A stretch of DNA of 64,000 nucleotides from Chloroflexota bacterium (GCA_963662335.2 CAXXVD010000002.1:448001-512000), one strand, 5' to 3'. Positions 37,554 through 48,455 are shown, counted from the stretch's first letter. A program made the numbers and translations. The notes: generated from the letters alone by a model not told the origin.

Positions 37554-39245
37554 ATGACGGAACGTGGAAATGATGGAACGTGCGGGATAGGCGGCGGTTG
37601 GGGGAGTGACGGCGTGGATGAGACATGGTCGCAGTGGCGGCAGGCGGCACGGATCTTTCCCCGCGCGGCGCATCTCTGGCGCGCCGGGTTGGTGGCGCTG
37701 GCGCTGTGGCTGAGCACGGTGGGCGCCGCCGGCGCGGCGTCTGGGACCCCCTGGCATTCCGGCAGCGCCGCGCCGGCGGGCGCCATGCTGCCGGTCTGGC
37801 AGCTTTGGGTGAACGCGCTCGACCCCGGCGCGTGGACGCAAGCGGAGCAGTCGTGGGTGCCCAGCAGTCCGCCGTGGCTCGTCGCGCCGCACCCCAGCGA
37901 CGCGAGCCGGGCGCTGGCGGCCGGCCCGCTGGGGCTGCATCGCACCACCGACGGCGGCGCAACCTGGACGCGCCTGCCGGGCATCGTGGCGCCGGTGCTG
38001 GCCATCGCCTACAATGCGCTGAACCCGCAGGTCGTCTACGCCGGGACCGAGTTGGGCGGCATCTACCGCAGCGTGGACGGTGGCCGCTACTGGCGGCGCA
38101 GCGACACCGGCCTGCCGCGGGACGGGCTCGGCCACGTGGCCGGCGCGGTGGCCCTGGCGGCCGATCCGGACCGCTCGTTTACGCTCTACGCGGCGACCAC
38201 GCTCAGCGGCGGGCTCTACCGGTCGCTCGACGACGGCAGCGCCTGGGGCCTCGCGAGCGCCGGCTTGCCGGAGGAGCCGGTGCTCGGCCTCGCCGTCACC
38301 GCGAGCGGGCCGCCCCGTCTCTATGCCGCCACGCCGCGCGGCCTCTTCCTCTCCACCGACCGCGGCGGCCAGTGGTCGTTGCTCGGGGCCTTGCCTCTGG
38401 AGGCGCCGACCTCGTCGCAGACACCGACCTCGTCGCAGACGTCGACTTCGTCGCAGGCACCGACGCCATCGCAGACCTCGTCGCAGACGCCGCACAAGTT
38501 GTTGGTAGAGCCGGATGCGTCGGGGCAAGGAATGCTGCTGGTGGCCGCGGATGCGCTCTATCGCTCGACGAACGGCGGGGTGTCGTGGGTCACGATAGAC
38601 CTGCCCGCTGCCATGCCGCCCATCCGGGACGCCGTGTTCGTGGCCGGGCCGGCCTACACGCATCTCTTCGTGGCGGGCGCGGACGGCCCCTACTGGCAGC
38701 GGTTCACGCCGGCCTCGCCGCAGTCGCCGCCGCACGGAGAGTCGGATTCGGAAATCTACGTCGCCATCACCGGGCATACGATTAGAGAGCCGTTTCTCAG
38801 CTTCTTCGCTACCCACGGCGGCGTGGCGCGCTTCGGCTATCCGCGCACGGATGCTGTCAGCGAGGACGGCAAGACGGTACAATACTTCCAACGGGCGCGG
38901 CTGGAGATCGTGACGGACGAGGCCGGCGAGCGCGTGGCGCGGTCGCCGCTCGGTGCGATGCTGCGCTTTGGCGCGCCGTCCGCCGCCGGTGAGTCGTCGA
39001 ACGGGTCGCAAATGCAGTACGCCGTAGACCGGGTATTTGCGAACTTCTACGCCAGCAACAACGGACGCGAGTCGTTCGGCAGGCCAATCGCGCCGGCGGC
39101 GGACGAGGAGCAACGAAACGGGCATACTGTGTATACCCAGTATTTCGAGTTCGCGCGCCTGGAACACTATCCGAATGCCGAGACGCCGGTGCTGCTGGGG
39201 TTGATCGGCGATGAGTACCTGATACGCATAGGTTGGCTGGAGTAA
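37554..39245 (+). CDS. Secreted BNR/WD40-like beta-propeller protein with C-terminal Chloroflexi-type surface repeats
   Basis: Repeated YRSxDGGxxW Asp-boxes; TGHTI..F..GG..FGYP, VQYFQRARLE and TQYFEFARLE; start uncertain. Confidence 0.8.
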   Translation: MTERGNDGTCGIGGGWGSDGVDETWSQWRQAARIFPRAAHLWRAGLVALALWLSTVGAAGAASGTPWHSGSAAPAGAMLPVWQLWVNALDPGAWTQAEQSWVPSSPPWLVAPHPSDASRALAAGPLGLHRTTDGGATWTRLPGIVAPVLAIAYNALNPQVVYAGTELGGIYRSVDGGRYWRRSDTGLPRDGLGHVAGAVALAADPDRSFTLYAATTLSGGLYRSLDDGSAWGLASAGLPEEPVLGLAVTASGPPRLYAATPRGLFLSTDRGGQWSLLGALPLEAPTSSQTPTSSQTSTSSQAPTPSQTSSQTPHKLLVEPDASGQGMLLVAADALYRSTNGGVSWVTIDLPAAMPPIRDAVFVAGPAYTHLFVAGADGPYWQRFTPASPQSPPHGESDSEIYVAITGHTIREPFLSFFATHGGVARFGYPRTDAVSEDGKTVQYFQRARLEIVTDEAGERVARSPLGAMLRFGAPSAAGESSNGSQMQYAVDRVFANFYASNNGRESFGRPIAPAADEEQRNGHTVYTQYFEFARLEHYPNAETPVLLGLIGDEYLIRIGWLE

Positions 39246-39250
39246 GGCGT

Positions 39251-40744
39251 ATGCGACGCACCCGCATCGTGGCCACGATTGGCCCGGAAACCGCGAATGA
39301 GGATACGCTCCGCGCCATGCTGGAGGCTGGCTTGGACGTGGCGCGCGTCAACTTCTCCCACGGCGATCACGAGTCGCAGGGGCGCTCGATCGGCTTGCTG
39401 CGCCGGTTGGCGGCCGCGGCCGGCGCCACCCTGCCCATCATGGCCGATCTGCAAGGCCCGAAAGTGCGCGTGGGCACGATTGCCGACCCGCCGCTGCGTC
39501 TGGCGCCGGACAGCCTGCTGGTGCTCACGGTGGACGGCGACGGATTTGACGCGGGAGCGCGCCAACGGCTGCGGGACTACGCGCAATCGCTCGATCCCGA
39601 CGCGCCCGGCGTGGCCGACGCGCCGGTGCGCTTTGCCGGACTGGCGGCGGAGACGCGGCCGGGCGATACGATTCTGCTCGATGACGGCTTGATCGCGGTG
39701 GAAGTGCTTGCCACGCGGGTCGAGACCGGGCAGGCGGCGGTGGTGGCACGGGTGACGCGCGGCGGCGATTTGATCAGCGGCAAGGCCGTGGTGGTGCGCG
39801 GGCGCAGCCTGAGCCTGCCCAGCCTCACCGCCAAAGACTGGGAAGACGTGCGCTTTGCCGTGGAGCAGGAGGTGGATTGGGTAGCGCTCTCCTACGTGCG
39901 CGCCGCCACCGACGTGGAGATATTGCGGCAACTCATGCTCAACTACGGCGCGACGATCCCCATCATTGCCAAAATCGAGACGCAAGAAGCCATCGAACAC
40001 TTCGATGAAATCCTGGCGGCGGCGGACGGCATCATGGTGGCGCGGGGCGACCTGGGCGTGCAGGTGCCGCCGGAAGAGGTGCCGCTGCACCAGAAGTCCA
40101 TCATCCAGAAGTCGCGCGAGCGGGGCAAGCCGGTCATTACGGCCACCCAGATGCTCGAATCGATGATGCAGCATCCGGTCCCCACCCGCGCCGAGGCCAG
40201 CGACGTGGCAAACGCCATCCTGGACGGCAGCGACGCGGTGATGCTCTCCGGCGAAACGGCCGTCGGCCCCTATCCGGTAGAGGCCGTGTCGGTTATGGCG
40301 CGCATTGCCACAAAGGTGGACCCCCATGTGGAAAGCTTTGGCTCCGTGGATGCCAGCGATACCACCGACGCGATCGCGGAGGCCACGCATCGCATTGCCG
40401 AAGAGCTTGACGCAACGGCTATCTTTGCGCTCACGCAGTCCGGCTACACCGCCCGCATGTTGGCCCGCCTGCGCCCCCACGTGCAATTGCTGGCGGTGAC
40501 GCCGGAGAAACCGATTTGGCGCCAACTCGCGCTGTGCTGGGGCACGGAGCCGCTGCTGGCAACCGTGAAGACCGATACCGACGCGGCCATGCGCGAGGCC
40601 GTGGCGCTGGCGAAGGAGGCCGGCCACGTGCGGGACGGCGATACGGTGGTCTTTACGGCCGGCATGCCGTTCGGCGTGGGCGGCACGACGAACCTGATCC
40701 GCATCCACGAGATCGGCCAGCCGCTCAGCTTGAAAGGGGACTAG
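39251..40744 (+). CDS. pyk: Pyruvate kinase
   Basis: RTRIVATIGP, RVNFSHG, DLQGPK, IIAKIE, MVARGDLG, TATQMLESM, MLSGETA. Confidence 0.97.
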   Translation: MRRTRIVATIGPETANEDTLRAMLEAGLDVARVNFSHGDHESQGRSIGLLRRLAAAAGATLPIMADLQGPKVRVGTIADPPLRLAPDSLLVLTVDGDGFDAGARQRLRDYAQSLDPDAPGVADAPVRFAGLAAETRPGDTILLDDGLIAVEVLATRVETGQAAVVARVTRGGDLISGKAVVVRGRSLSLPSLTAKDWEDVRFAVEQEVDWVALSYVRAATDVEILRQLMLNYGATIPIIAKIETQEAIEHFDEILAAADGIMVARGDLGVQVPPEEVPLHQKSIIQKSRERGKPVITATQMLESMMQHPVPTRAEASDVANAILDGSDAVMLSGETAVGPYPVEAVSVMARIATKVDPHVESFGSVDASDTTDAIAEATHRIAEELDATAIFALTQSGYTARMLARLRPHVQLLAVTPEKPIWRQLALCWGTEPLLATVKTDTDAAMREAVALAKEAGHVRDGDTVVFTAGMPFGVGGTTNLIRIHEIGQPLSLKGD

Positions 40745-41101
40745 GCGGGGCTGTCAAGAGCGAAGATGCCCCGCTCCCCGGGGAGAGGCTGAACGGGGGT
40801 ATGCATTCTACGTCCAACTTCGCGCGTCATTCCGAACGGAGCGCAGCGGAGAGAGGAATCTAGGGAACAGCCCGGCAGAGTCCGTGATTCTAGATTCCTC
40901 GCTGCGCTCGGAATGACATTTGCAAGCCCCGGTTTGTTGGGAAGAGGGCCGGGCGCAAGAACCCCCTCTCCCTGGAGGCCTCTGTATAACCCCCTTCCAC
41001 CTTTGAGGGGGAAGGTTGGGATGGGGAAGAGGGGCATCGAAACTGCCCATCTCCGATAGTTCTGCGGAATCGCGCAAGAACTCTTGCAGGGGAGTTGAAC
41101 T

Positions 41102-42847
41102 TTGCACCCAGGCGTCCAACCCATCGGCGTCTATCTGCAGGATGGCGGCCATGCGCCGCGCAGCGCCTACGTGCTGGAGATTCTCGCCCACGCGGGCATT
41201 CCGTTTACGCGCGTGGACGCCGCCGCGCTGCCGGAGGCGCTGGCGACGCTGCACGTGCTCATCCTGCCGCACCACGAGGTCACCACGCCGGAGATGGGGC
41301 GGCTCTATGGCTTCGTGACGGCGGGCGGCGTGCTGATCGGGCTGGGCGGTACCAGCGGCTTGGACGACCTCTTTGGCGTGCGCGCGCAGGCGGGCACGCA
41401 CGAAGGGTTTCTGCGGGTCGCGCAGCCGGAACATCCGCTGGTGCGCGGTCTGCGCTCGTCGTTGCACGTGTGGGACGCCGCGGCGGCGCGGGCGGCCGGG
41501 GCCGGTGTGCTGGCCAACCTCTGCGACGCGGAAGGGAAGCGCATCGGCGTGGGCGTGAGCGTCTACCGCCTGCAACGGGGCCTGAGCATCTTCTGCGCCG
41601 CGGACTTGCCCTGGTGCATCCTGCACCTGCTGCAAGGGCGGCCCGTGCGACAGGACGGCGCGCCCGCGCCGGACGGCACGGCCAACGTGGACGACGGCAT
41701 CCTGAAGTGCGACGACGGCGTCGTGCTGGATTGGGAAGCGGACCGCGCCAGCGATACGGCTCTGCCGTTCTTCCGCGAGGCGATTGGCGATGAACTGCGC
41801 GCCATTCTGCTGCGCAGCGTCTTCTACGGCGCGCAGCACGCGCAAACCGCGCTGCCGCTGCTGTGGTACTGGCCCGGCGCTTTGGAAGCCGTGGCCCACC
41901 TTTCCCACGATTCCGACAACAACGTCCTCGACCGCGCGTTCCAACTCCTTGAAAATACACGCGGCCTCGACGTGCGCTCCACGTGGTGCATCCAGTATCC
42001 GGGCTACACGCCGGCGCTCTACGCCGCCGTGGCGGATTACGGCAGCGAGATTTGCCTCCACTACGACGCGCTCTCGGGCACGGAGCCGAACCGCTGGGAA
42101 TACGATGATATGGTCTTCCAGTGGGAGCATCTGCGGCGGGAGGCCGGGTTGGACGCCATTACGACCAACAAGAACCACTACACCCGCTGGGAGGGTTCGC
42201 TGGAGTTCTTCGGCTGGCTGGAGCGCGTCGGCATTGCGCTGGACCAGTCGAAAGGCCCCTCCAAGCACGGCAACACCGGCCACCTCTACGGCAGCACGCA
42301 CCCGTGGTTTCCCATGGACCCGGCTACCGGCCGCCGCTACGACGTGTTGGAGGTCAACTTCCTGAGCCAGGACATGGTGAATCCGGCCAACCATCCCGAC
42401 GCGCCGGTGGATGAGTACGCGCCGTACGCCATTGCCGAACCGCTGGTAGACCGGGTGAAGCGGCACTACGGGGTTGCCCACTTCCTCTTCCATCCCCACC
42501 ACTGCCGGCGGCCCGGCGTGCCCGCGGCCCTGGCGGACGTGGTGCGCTACGCGCGGGAACAAGGTCTGCCGTGGTGGACGGCGGCGCAAATCAACGCCTG
42601 GGAGCGCGGCCGGCGCGCGGTGTCGTTCGCGGACGTGCGCGGCGGCGGCGCGGACCTGACGGCCGGCGCGCCGCTGGAGGACGCGACGCTGCTCGTGCTG
42701 CGCGTTGGCGATGAAGAACGCGGTCTGCAGATCGACGGCCGGCCCGCGGCCGCGCGGAGTGTCGCACGCTACGGCTTCCGGTTCCACGCGGTCACGCAGA
42801 CGCTGGACGCCGGCGCGCACACGCTGCGGTGGGACGGCTCTCCTTGA
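41102..42847 (+). CDS. Hypothetical protein with polysaccharide-deacetylase-like domain
   Basis: LSHDSD, EICLHYD, NHYTRW, LFHP motifs; TTG start with a GGGGAG RBS. Confidence 0.6.
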   Translation: MHPGVQPIGVYLQDGGHAPRSAYVLEILAHAGIPFTRVDAAALPEALATLHVLILPHHEVTTPEMGRLYGFVTAGGVLIGLGGTSGLDDLFGVRAQAGTHEGFLRVAQPEHPLVRGLRSSLHVWDAAAARAAGAGVLANLCDAEGKRIGVGVSVYRLQRGLSIFCAADLPWCILHLLQGRPVRQDGAPAPDGTANVDDGILKCDDGVVLDWEADRASDTALPFFREAIGDELRAILLRSVFYGAQHAQTALPLLWYWPGALEAVAHLSHDSDNNVLDRAFQLLENTRGLDVRSTWCIQYPGYTPALYAAVADYGSEICLHYDALSGTEPNRWEYDDMVFQWEHLRREAGLDAITTNKNHYTRWEGSLEFFGWLERVGIALDQSKGPSKHGNTGHLYGSTHPWFPMDPATGRRYDVLEVNFLSQDMVNPANHPDAPVDEYAPYAIAEPLVDRVKRHYGVAHFLFHPHHCRRPGVPAALADVVRYAREQGLPWWTAAQINAWERGRRAVSFADVRGGGADLTAGAPLEDATLLVLRVGDEERGLQIDGRPAAARSVARYGFRFHAVTQTLDAGAHTLRWDGSP

Positions 42848-42908
42848 CGGCGCGGAATCTAGCGCCGTACCCGCCTAATCCGGTAGGATAGAGCGGAAGG
42901 GAGCCGCG

Positions 42909-43400
42909 ATGCGGATTGTAATCGGCGCCGACCACAACGGTTTCGACAGCAAAGAGGCGGTGCGGCAGTGGCTGGAGGCCGCCGGCCACGCCGTGGTTGA
43001 CGTTGGGCCGCACGAACTAGATCCGGACGACGACTATCCGGACTTCGCCCGCCTGGTCGGCGAGACCCTGCAACGCGGCGAGGCCGACCGGGGTATCCTG
43101 CTCTGCGGCAGCGGCGTGGGCGCGAGCATTGCGGCCAACAAGCTGCGCGGCATTCGCGCCGGCCTCTGCCACGACGCGTACTCCGCGCACCAAGCGGTTG
43201 AGCACGACAACGTCAACGTGTTGTGCTTGGGCCCCCGAGTGGTAGGCCCGGCGCTGGTGGAGGAGTTGGTGGCGGCCTTCTTGGCCGCCGAGTTTACGGG
43301 CGAAGAGCGGCATGAGCGCCGCCTGGCGAAAGTGACGGCCCTGGAGCAGGCGGAACGAGAGGCCGGTCTGGGCCGGGCGGCGGAAGCGGAAGTTTCCTAG
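42909..43400 (+). CDS. rpiB: Ribose-5-phosphate isomerase B
   Basis: IGADHNG, DYPD, LCGSGVG, ANKLRGIRA, HDNVNVLCLG, RHERRL. Confidence 0.95.
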   Translation: MRIVIGADHNGFDSKEAVRQWLEAAGHAVVDVGPHELDPDDDYPDFARLVGETLQRGEADRGILLCGSGVGASIAANKLRGIRAGLCHDAYSAHQAVEHDNVNVLCLGPRVVGPALVEELVAAFLAAEFTGEERHERRLAKVTALEQAEREAGLGRAAEAEVS

Positions 43401-43486
43401 GGTGTGTCAGTGAGGCTCCTTTGGGGATTGCACAAACGGACTACACGAACAAATCGCTAACCGCGCGGTAGCGAGAGGAGGCAACG

Positions 43487-44614
43487 ATGGCGGCGCAGAA
43501 TAGACTCGTGCAGTTGCAGGACTACGACCAGAGCGTGTGGCTGGACAGCATCAGCCGGGGGTTGATCCAATCGGGACAACTGCAGGACCTGGTGGACAAC
43601 GATGGCCTGCGGGGCATGACGTCGAACCCGGCCATCTTCGAGAAGGCGATCAGCGGCAGCGACGACTACCGCGACCAGTTGCGCGCGCTTCACGCCGGCG
43701 GCAAGAGCACGGCGGCAGTCTACGAAGCGGTGGCGGTCACCGACATCCAGGCGGCCTGCGACGTGCTGCGCCCGGTCTACGACGCCAGCGACGGCGAGCA
43801 CGGCCTGGTCAGCCTGGAGGTCTCGCCGGAACTCGCCTTTGACACGGCGGGCACGATTGCCGAGGTGCGCCGGCTGTGGCGGCAGGTGGACCGCCCTAAC
43901 CTGATGATCAAGATTCCGGCCACGGACGAGGGCATTCCCGCGGTGCGCCAGATGCTCACCGAGGGCTACAACGTCAACATTACGCTGATGTTCTCGCTCA
44001 CCGACTACGATAACGTGGCCGAGGCGTACATTTCCGCCTTGGAAGCGCGCGCGGCGGCCGGGCAGCCGATCGACCGGATTGCGTCCGTGGCGAGTTTCTT
44101 CGTGAGCCGCATCGACACGCTGGCCGACGAACTGCTGGAGGCGCGCGTCCAGGCCGGCGAATCCCGCGCGCAGGAACTCATGGGAAAGGTGGCGATTGCC
44201 AACGCGAAGATCGCCTACCAGCACTTCCTGGACTTCTTCAAGTCGGAGCGCTTCGCCAAACTGGAGGCGCACGGCGCGCGGGTGCAGCGCGTGCTCTGGG
44301 CCAGCACCAGCACGAAGAATCCCGCGTACGCCGACGTGATGTACGTGGACAATCTGATCGGCCCGCATACGGTGAACACCCTGCCGGACGAGACCATGGA
44401 CGCCTTCCGCGACCACGGTACGCTGGCGCAGACGGTGGACACCGGCGCGGCGGAGGCGCAAGCCGTGCTGGATGCGCTGGCGGACGTGGGCGTGGATTAC
44501 GCCGCCATGACGCGGCAACTCCAGCAGGAAGGCGTGGATAAGTTCGTGCAGCCCTACCACGCGCTGCTGGAACGCATCGAGCAGGTGTGCGCGGAACTGG
44601 TCGCCGCTACCTAA
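43487..44614 (+). CDS. tal: Transaldolase
   Basis: QSVWLD, TSNPAIF, VSLEVSP, MIKIPAT, ASFFVSRID, LWASTSTK. Confidence 0.95.
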   Translation: MAAQNRLVQLQDYDQSVWLDSISRGLIQSGQLQDLVDNDGLRGMTSNPAIFEKAISGSDDYRDQLRALHAGGKSTAAVYEAVAVTDIQAACDVLRPVYDASDGEHGLVSLEVSPELAFDTAGTIAEVRRLWRQVDRPNLMIKIPATDEGIPAVRQMLTEGYNVNITLMFSLTDYDNVAEAYISALEARAAAGQPIDRIASVASFFVSRIDTLADELLEARVQAGESRAQELMGKVAIANAKIAYQHFLDFFKSERFAKLEAHGARVQRVLWASTSTKNPAYADVMYVDNLIGPHTVNTLPDETMDAFRDHGTLAQTVDTGAAEAQAVLDALADVGVDYAAMTRQLQQEGVDKFVQPYHALLERIEQVCAELVAAT

Positions 44615-44768
44615 GCGCCTGGAATCGGTTGATGTTCTCGTGCCACGAGTACGCCCGCTGCGTGCAAACTAGCCGTAGCGCGGGGGCTTGTCCCCCGCCT
44701 CCCCGTGTCGGGGCGCGGGGCAGGCTTGACCCGAAGCGTAAACACCATCTTGGGCAAGGCGCTTAGCA

Positions 44769-46451
44769 ATGGCGGGGCAAACCGGTAGCACGGAGGCCGC
44801 GCTTGCGCAGGCGCTTGAGTCGCTCGCGCAGGGAGAAGTAGGCAAGCGCCTCTGGCGGAAAGACGCCAGCCTCTGGACTGACGAGCCGCCGGTGCAGGCG
44901 GCAATTCGCGACCGCCTGGGTTGGCTGAACGTGGTCGCGGACGTGCGGCGCGCCGGGCTGGACGAGATCAACGCCGTGGCGCGCGCGGCGCGGGCGGACG
45001 GCTTTACCGACGCCGTGATTCTCGGCATGGGCGGCAGCAGTCTTTGTCCGGACGTCTGCCGCGTCACGTTCGGCAGCGCGCCCGGCTGGCTGCGGCTGCA
45101 CGTGCTCGACAGCACCCATCCCCGCGCCGTGCGGGCTATTCGAAACGGCGTAGACCCGGCGCGCACGCTCTTCGTGGTCTCCAGCAAGTCCGGCACGACC
45201 GGCGAATCCAACGCCTTCTTCCACTACTTCTGGGAACAGGTGGTGAAAGCCGGTGTCGCGCAACCCGGCGCCAACTTCATCGCCGTCACCGATGCCGGCA
45301 CGCCTCTGGATGAAGAAGCCGCCGCGCGCGGCTTTCGCCACGTCTTCCGCAATCCCGCGGACATCGGCGGCCGCTATTCGGCGCTTTCGTTCTTTGGGCT
45401 CGTGCCCATGGCACTGATTGGCATGGAGGTGGCCGGCTTTCTGGAGCGCGCCGGGGACATGGCGCGCCGCTGCGGGCCCGGCGTTGCCGCCGCAGATAAT
45501 CCCGGCCTTGCGCTGGGCGCGCGGCTTGCGGTTCATGCCCGGCAGGGCCGGGACAAGCTGACGCTGGTCTGCGCGCCGGAGATTGCCACGCTGGGCTGGT
45601 GGCTGGAGCAACTCGTGGCGGAGAGTCTCGGCAAGCAGGGCGTGGGCATCGTGCCGGTAGAAGGCGAGGAACTTGGTCCGCCGGAAGCGTACGCGAATGA
45701 CCGCGTGTTCGTGCACGTCACGCTTGCGAACGCGGATGAAGGTGACACCGAACAACGCCTGTGCGCGCTGGCTGCGGCGGGCCAGCCGGTAATCCGCTTG
45801 GAGACGGCGGCGCCGCTGGACGTGGGGCAAGAATTCTTCCGCTGGGAGACGGCAACGGCGGTCGCCGGACACCTGCTCGGCGTCAATCCCTTCGACGAGC
45901 CGAACGTCCAGGAGAGCAAGGACAACACCGCCGCGCTCCTGCGGACGTATGAAGAGGAAGGAAAGCTCCCCGCTGAGAAGCCGGCCATCGCTGATGGTGT
46001 TCTCTCCCTATACGGGGAGTGCGCGGGCGAAAGCGTCACCGCCGCGTTGCGCCGTTTTGTCGGCCAGGCCGGGCCTCGCGATTACGTCGCGCTGATGGCG
46101 TACCTGCCACAGGAAGAAGCGATCCAAGGCGGTTTGGACGCCATTCGCCGTGCCGTGCGCGCCGCCACGGGCGCGGCGACCACGGTGGGCTACGGCCCCC
46201 GCTTTCTCCACTCCACGGGACAATTGCACAAGGGCGGGCCGAACACCGCGGTGTGCCTGCAACTTACGGTTGACATTGCCGAGGACCTGCCAATTCCCGG
46301 CGCGCCGTACTCGTTCGGCGCGTTCCTCCAGGCGCAGGCGCTCGGCGACCTGCGCGCCCTGCAACGCCACGGCCGGCGGGCGCTGCGCGTGCACCTGGGC
46401 GCGGACTGCGCGGCAGGTCTCGCCGCGCTGGAACAGGCGCTGGGCGGATAG
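44769..46451 (+). CDS. pgi: Glucose-6-phosphate isomerase (type seen in Tal/Pgi fusions)
   Basis: GMGGSSL, SSKSGTT, IGGRYSALS, QLVAESLGK, NPFDEPNVQESK, HSTGQLHKGG. Confidence 0.92.
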   Translation: MAGQTGSTEAALAQALESLAQGEVGKRLWRKDASLWTDEPPVQAAIRDRLGWLNVVADVRRAGLDEINAVARAARADGFTDAVILGMGGSSLCPDVCRVTFGSAPGWLRLHVLDSTHPRAVRAIRNGVDPARTLFVVSSKSGTTGESNAFFHYFWEQVVKAGVAQPGANFIAVTDAGTPLDEEAAARGFRHVFRNPADIGGRYSALSFFGLVPMALIGMEVAGFLERAGDMARRCGPGVAAADNPGLALGARLAVHARQGRDKLTLVCAPEIATLGWWLEQLVAESLGKQGVGIVPVEGEELGPPEAYANDRVFVHVTLANADEGDTEQRLCALAAAGQPVIRLETAAPLDVGQEFFRWETATAVAGHLLGVNPFDEPNVQESKDNTAALLRTYEEEGKLPAEKPAIADGVLSLYGECAGESVTAALRRFVGQAGPRDYVALMAYLPQEEAIQGGLDAIRRAVRAATGAATTVGYGPRFLHSTGQLHKGGPNTAVCLQLTVDIAEDLPIPGAPYSFGAFLQAQALGDLRALQRHGRRALRVHLGADCAAGLAALEQALGG

Positions 46452-46907
46452 TGTTGACACCTCAGCCGCTAGAGTCCTTCATCCCGATCCTCTCCTCAGC
46501 TATTGGTAATTGTATTCGATGGGCGACTTAACGTGTCATTCCGAGCGCAGCGAGGAATCTAGGGCACATCCTCCACGCAGTCTCATGGCCTCAGCACGCT
46601 AGATTCCTCGCTGCGCTCGGAATGACATTTACGAATTTCCCGTTAGCCTCTCCCAGGGAGAGGGAGATGTGCGGCGAGCGAGGCGGGGGACAAGCCCCCG
46701 CGCTACGTCGGAGCGACCGCATTGCCCCCTCACCCCGGCCTTCTTTCTGAAGGAGAGACAGTTTACTTGCGCTGGCGGCTAATGCGGAAAGTTTGGCAGC
46801 CGCACGCGCTATAATGTGGGGCAAGCGCTGTTCCTGGCGCTGTGCAGCGGGAAGTCCAGTTGAGCGGCGGAAATCGAAGTTGAGCCGCGGGATGAGGAAA
46901 GCAATTC

Positions 46908-48455
46908 ATGCAAATCACGCCGCCCGCCGATGACAGGGAAACGGGCGCGCCCACGCCGCGCGGGCCGGAAGGCTGCGTCATCGTGATCTTTGGCGCGACC
47001 GGCGACCTGACCGGCCGCATGATCGTGCCGGCGCTCTATAGTTTGCGCCAACGCGGCCTGCTGGGAGACGACTTTGCGATCGTCGGGTTCTCCCGCAGCA
47101 AGTGGGACAGCGGCAAATTCCGGGACGAGATGAAGTCGGCCGTGCGCGAGTTCGGCGGCGAGGAGCGGCTGGACGATGCAGCCTGGGGGCGGTTTGCGCA
47201 GCGGCTGCACTACATCTCCGGCAACTATGACAATACGGAGGACTTCCGGCAGCTTGCGGCGCTGCTGGGCGCGGTTTGCGCTGAAATCAACTGCGGCGGC
47301 AACTACGTGTTCTACCTTTCCACGCCGCCCAGCGTCTATTCCGACATCATCGCGCAACTGGGCGCGGTGGGGCTGCACCAGGCGCAGGCGGACGCGTCGT
47401 CCTGGCGGCGCGTAGTCATCGAAAAGCCGTTTGGCCGGGACCTGGCCTCCGCCCACGCGCTGAACGCGCAACTTGCCAGCGTCTTTGCCGAAACCCAGAC
47501 CTACCGCATCGACCACTACCTGGGCAAGGAGACCGTGCAGAACATCCTGGTCTTCCGGCTGGCGAACCACATCTTCGAGCCGCTCTGGAACCGGCGCTAC
47601 GTGGACCACGTGCAGATTACGGCATCGGAAAGCATCGGCATCGAGCACCGCGCCGGCTACTACGAAGAGTCGGGCGCGATGCGCGACATGTTCCAGAACC
47701 ACCTGCTGCAACTCTATTCGCTGGTGGCGATGGACCCGCCGGTGGTGTTCGACGCCGAGGCGGTGGGCGCGGAAAAGGTCAAGGTGCTGCGCGCGACGCG
47801 CCCGATCCCGCTGATGCAAATCGACCAGTGGGCGGTGCGCGGGCAATACGGGCCCGGCTGGGTGCGCGGCGAATACGCAAAAGGGTACCGCGAAGAGGAG
47901 AATACCGACCCGAACTCGAACCGCGAGACCTTTGCCGCGCTCAAGCTCTACATCGACAATTGGCGCTGGGAGGGCGTGCCGTTCTATCTGCGCTCCGGCA
48001 AGAGCATGACGAAGAAGGTGACCGAGATTGCCATCCAGTTCAAGCGCGTGCCGCATTTGCTCTTCGGGCTGACCCCCGCCGATACGCTGAATCCCAACGC
48101 AATTGTCATTCGCGTGCAGCCCAACGAGGGCTTCTCGCTGCAATTCCGCGTGAAGTCGCCCGGCCAGACAATCCGGGTGCATCAGGTCAGCATGAATTTC
48201 GATTACGAGTCGCTCTTCAATGGTGAAGCGCCGCCGGCGTACGAAACGCTCTTGCTGGACATCATGCGGGGCGATCGGACGCTCTTCGCCCACGGCGAAT
48301 GGATCGAATACGCCTGGGACTTGATTACGCCTATCATCGAGACTTGGGAATCCCGCCCGGCCAACAACTTCCCGAACTATGAAGCCGGTAGCTGGGGGCC
48401 GCCTGAGGCCGATGCCCTCATCGCCATGGACGGCCGCTCCTGGCGGCGGCCGTAA
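46908..48455 (+). CDS. zwf: Glucose-6-phosphate 1-dehydrogenase
   Basis: IFGATGDL, EKPFG, RIDHYLGKE, NWRWEGVPF, YEAGSWGP. Confidence 0.97.
   Translation: MQITPPADDRETGAPTPRGPEGCVIVIFGATGDLTGRMIVPALYSLRQRGLLGDDFAIVGFSRSKWDSGKFRDEMKSAVREFGGEERLDDAAWGRFAQRLHYISGNYDNTEDFRQLAALLGAVCAEINCGGNYVFYLSTPPSVYSDIIAQLGAVGLHQAQADASSWRRVVIEKPFGRDLASAHALNAQLASVFAETQTYRIDHYLGKETVQNILVFRLANHIFEPLWNRRYVDHVQITASESIGIEHRAGYYEESGAMRDMFQNHLLQLYSLVAMDPPVVFDAEAVGAEKVKVLRATRPIPLMQIDQWAVRGQYGPGWVRGEYAKGYREEENTDPNSNRETFAALKLYIDNWRWEGVPFYLRSGKSMTKKVTEIAIQFKRVPHLLFGLTPADTLNPNAIVIRVQPNEGFSLQFRVKSPGQTIRVHQVSMNFDYESLFNGEAPPAYETLLLDIMRGDRTLFAHGEWIEYAWDLITPIIETWESRPANNFPNYEAGSWGPPEADALIAMDGRSWRRP

Larger units (their letters stand above)
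1779..46760. repeat. Dispersed CCCTCACCCC..CCCTCTCCC..GGGAGAGG repeat family
   Basis: Copies or fragments near 1779, 2800, 3930, 20626, 30417, 30576-30657, 46648 and 46726. Confidence 0.75.
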
